NCBI GenBank assembly: GCA_036499025.1
Contig: DASYEM010000021.1
Coordinates: 2,421-66,420, forward strand
DNA length: 64,000 nucleotides
Source: Parvibaculum sp.
Lineage (GTDB): Bacteria > Pseudomonadota > Alphaproteobacteria > Parvibaculales > Parvibaculaceae
Direction of reading: 5' to 3'
Part shown: piece after piece, positions 61,582-64,000 of the stretch
Numbering within the stretch: position 1 is the stretch's first letter
Layout: each line of letters starts with the position of its first letter
The notes under the pieces: generated by a model
The model's database searches: none
The model's input: the letters and a program-made list of their open reading frames with translations, nothing else
What the model was told of the DNA's origin: nothing
Program-made: the position numbers and the translations under genes

Positions 61582-62631
61582 CTACTCGACGATAATTCGG
61601 GCGCCAGCATGGCCTTGCTGCGTGATCGTTTTTAGCGACGCATCTGCTGACGATACATCCGGCATCGGACCGACCCGCACACGATAATACTGCGTGCCGT
61701 CGACGATGGTAGGCGAGACCTGAACATTCTGTACGCCTTGCGACAGTAATTTCTGATGAACCATCTCGGCGTTGGAGAAGTTTTTGAACGAACCGGCTTG
61801 AATAAAGATGCTCGTCTTCACGGGAACGGGCATTTGCTCCACTGTGCCATCGGGCACCGGCGGCTGCGAGGCGGCCACCGCTTGCGGATTGTCGATGACG
61901 GGCTTCATGGTTGTGGGACCGCTGCTAGCTGGTGCGGGCAGCGCAGCCGCCTGCGACACAGGCGCCGTCTTTACGCCGACCGGGGCGGCAAGCGTCGAGG
62001 CAACCACCGCGCTGGTTTTCGGCACGTTGACGACCTGTTTCTCGCTCTCATCCATCACCGGTTTTGGAACCGTGAACGTCTCCTGATTGGCGAGCTGTGT
62101 TGCATCCGTACCGGAGCCCGGAATGCCGGGCAGCGGTGCGCGTCCGACAAATTGCACACGCACGCGCGCGGTGCCTTTGCGATCATAACCAAGGAGCTCG
62201 GCGGCTTTGCGCGACAAATCGATTTCGCGTCCGTTGACGAAAGGCCCGCGGTCATTGACGCGGACGACGACAGAGCGACCATTCTCAAGATTGGTCACAC
62301 GCACGAGGACCGGCATGGGCAGCGTCGGATGCGCTGCGGTGAGCTGTTCCTGATCGAAGACTTCGCCATTGGCCGTGCGCTTGCCGTGGAACTGCGGCCC
62401 ATACCAGGAGCCGATGCCGGTCGCATCGTAATGCTCGTCTTCCTTGGGGTAATACCAGACGCCGGCCACCTGATAGGGTTTGCCGACTTTATAGGCCCCG
62501 CCCTCTCCGGTTGGGATGGGTGGTTTGCTGCTGGTGCTGCAGCCCGCGAGAAGCACAGGCGCCATCATCAAGACGAGCGCGCCGGATAGTGGCCATTGCG
62601 ACCATCCAGACAGGCTTTTCCTACGGCTCAT
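61582..62631 (-). CDS. rlpA: Septal lytic transglycosylase RlpA with SPOR domain
   Basis: LAGC lipobox, SWYG, TAAHPTLP, RVNDRGPF, C-terminal QAGSF...YRVRVGP. Confidence 0.93.
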   Translation of the reverse strand: MSRRKSLSGWSQWPLSGALVLMMAPVLLAGCSTSSKPPIPTGEGGAYKVGKPYQVAGVWYYPKEDEHYDATGIGSWYGPQFHGKRTANGEVFDQEQLTAAHPTLPMPVLVRVTNLENGRSVVVRVNDRGPFVNGREIDLSRKAAELLGYDRKGTARVRVQFVGRAPLPGIPGSGTDATQLANQETFTVPKPVMDESEKQVVNVPKTSAVVASTLAAPVGVKTAPVSQAAALPAPASSGPTTMKPVIDNPQAVAASQPPVPDGTVEQMPVPVKTSIFIQAGSFKNFSNAEMVHQKLLSQGVQNVQVSPTIVDGTQYYRVRVGPMPDVSSADASLKTITQQGHAGARIIVE

Positions 62632-62853
62632 TCGGATACCCCTCGTTTCGCGCGGCTACCCGCCGAAATGGACCTTCGGCGCTCCTGACGGAGCCATCGC
62701 CTGCCTGCCTGCCAGCGACTCAATTGCACGCGAACACGTTGGAAAAACTTATAGTCAGCGGATAGTTGGGCGGCAAGCAATGCGCCGCGCTGCTAGCCCT
62801 TTCCTTTACGACCGGACCGCGTTAACGATTGGCCACCGCCGCCGGAGAACGCC

Positions 62854-64000
62854 ATGAACGCGCCAGACGCAAAACAGGCTCACATGAAAGCCGGTCTTCC
62901 AGCCCCTGCCTCCCTGACCGAGGGGTTGGTGGAGCTGATCCGGGGCAAATCCGTTGCCCAAAGCGATCTTGAGGCCGCCGCGCTTTTCACGCTCGACGCC
63001 GTCGCCAACATCCTGGCTGGACGCAACTCGGCCCCCGGCGAAGTTCTGCTCAAATGGTGGCGCTCGAAGGAGGGGTCGAACGCTGCGCCGGACCCCGAGC
63101 GATTGGCTTTTCTGATGGGTGGCCTTTGCCACATTCTGGAAACAGACGATCTGCACCGCGAATCCGTCGTGCATCCCGGCTGCGTCGTCATTCCAGCCGC
63201 GTGGGCACTTGGCGAACAACGCCGGGTTTCGGGTCGTCAACTTTTGAATGCTGTTTTACAAGGCTTCGAAGCGACGACCCGCGTCGGCATGGCGGTGGGC
63301 GCAGTCCATTATCGCATTTGGCATAATACGGCGACCTGCGGGCCATACGGCTCAGCTATGGCCGCTGCCGCCCTGCTCAACCTGTCGGATCGGGAAACCG
63401 TCCATGCACTCGGCAATGCCGGCACGCAATCGTCCGGCTTGTGGCAGTTTCTCGAAACAGGCGCGATGACCAAACATCTGCATGCAGGCCACGCCGCTCA
63501 AGCTGGGCTGAAGGCGGCGGAACTTGCGGCTTTCGGTTTCACCGGGCCGTCGCGCATACTCGAAGGCGAAAAAGGTTTCTTCCAGGCCGCTTGCCCGGAT
63601 GCAGCGCCCGAGATGGTGCTCGCCTCGCCGGATGCGCCCTGGCAACTTGCCCGCACCTCGATCAAGCCATGGCCGTCCTGCCGCCATACCCATCCGACAA
63701 TCGATGCCGCTGAAGAGCTGCGGGTCGCATTGGGATCGCGTGGCGAAGACGCGATCCGCTCTATAGAAATCGGCACTTATCAGGCGGCGCTCGACGTTTG
63801 CGACCGGCCCGTTGCGACCAGCGACTATGAGGCGAAGTTCTCGCTCCAGCACTCGGTGGCGGCGGCACTGCTTTACCCGAAAGTCGATTTCGAAGCTTTC
63901 GGCGCGGCAGCGCGAGCGCGCTGCGCCGCGCTCGCTCTTCGGGTCAGCGTGCAGGCGGAGGAGCCTTATCGCTCCGCCTATCCGCGTACCTGGGGCGGCC
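62854..64000 (+). CDS. MmgE/PrpD family protein (3'-truncated by window edge; not in ORF track)
   Basis: Open frame from ATG 62854 (GGAGA SD): HILETDDLH, VHPGCVVIPA, WHNTATCG, KHLHAG, KPWPSCRHTH, AKFS. Confidence 0.9.
   Translation, partial: MNAPDAKQAHMKAGLPAPASLTEGLVELIRGKSVAQSDLEAAALFTLDAVANILAGRNSAPGEVLLKWWRSKEGSNAAPDPERLAFLMGGLCHILETDDLHRESVVHPGCVVIPAAWALGEQRRVSGRQLLNAVLQGFEATTRVGMAVGAVHYRIWHNTATCGPYGSAMAAAALLNLSDRETVHALGNAGTQSSGLWQFLETGAMTKHLHAGHAAQAGLKAAELAAFGFTGPSRILEGEKGFFQAACPDAAPEMVLASPDAPWQLARTSIKPWPSCRHTHPTIDAAEELRVALGSRGEDAIRSIEIGTYQAALDVCDRPVATSDYEAKFSLQHSVAAALLYPKVDFEAFGAAARARCAALALRVSVQAEEPYRSAYPRTWGG

Noticed and set aside
610-63852. Many long antisense or alternative-frame ORFs (e.g. 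5831-7162, 17415-18737, 30196-31509, 47447-48913, 56044-57291)
   Set aside because: They shadow well-supported genes, lack family motifs, and are expected in high-GC DNA with strong codon bias.

Overview
GC-rich alphaproteobacterial chromosome segment; gene order and protein style suggest a Parvibaculum/Hyphomicrobiales-like organism (inference). Most of the window is conserved backbone: plsX-fabH-ihfA-merR-tRNA-Pro, ctaA, metY, rplM-rpsI-argC, phaC, aminotransferase-hom-glpX-recJ-tRNA-Glu, cinA-pgpA-ispDF, dusB-ntrBC-ntrYX-dat-hfq-hflX, mazG, and rlpA-dac-tmk-holB-metG-tatD-phnP. Two variable intervals stand out. The first lies after tRNA-Glu (AAA ATPase, long-type PurC, a frameshifted thioesterase remnant, GST). 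The second spans about 43.4-53.9 kb and carries the best candidate for an undescribed system: a divergent LysR regulator facing a tightly packed cysJ-cysI / 1-Cys peroxiredoxin / metB / Fe-SOD / ferritin-like protein / DUF488 operon. That operon has no sulfate-activation genes and is flanked by an arylsulfatase-like relic and two secreted proteins with general-stress (EcfG-type) promoters. Reading the DNA also shows an unannotated 26-aa membrane peptide, two probable CTG start codons, a probably leaderless TetR gene with a perfect 20-bp palindrome over its ATG, and a perfect 18-bp palindrome upstream of rplM. No integrase, transposase, CRISPR array or rRNA was seen. All family calls come from motif recognition, not database searches.
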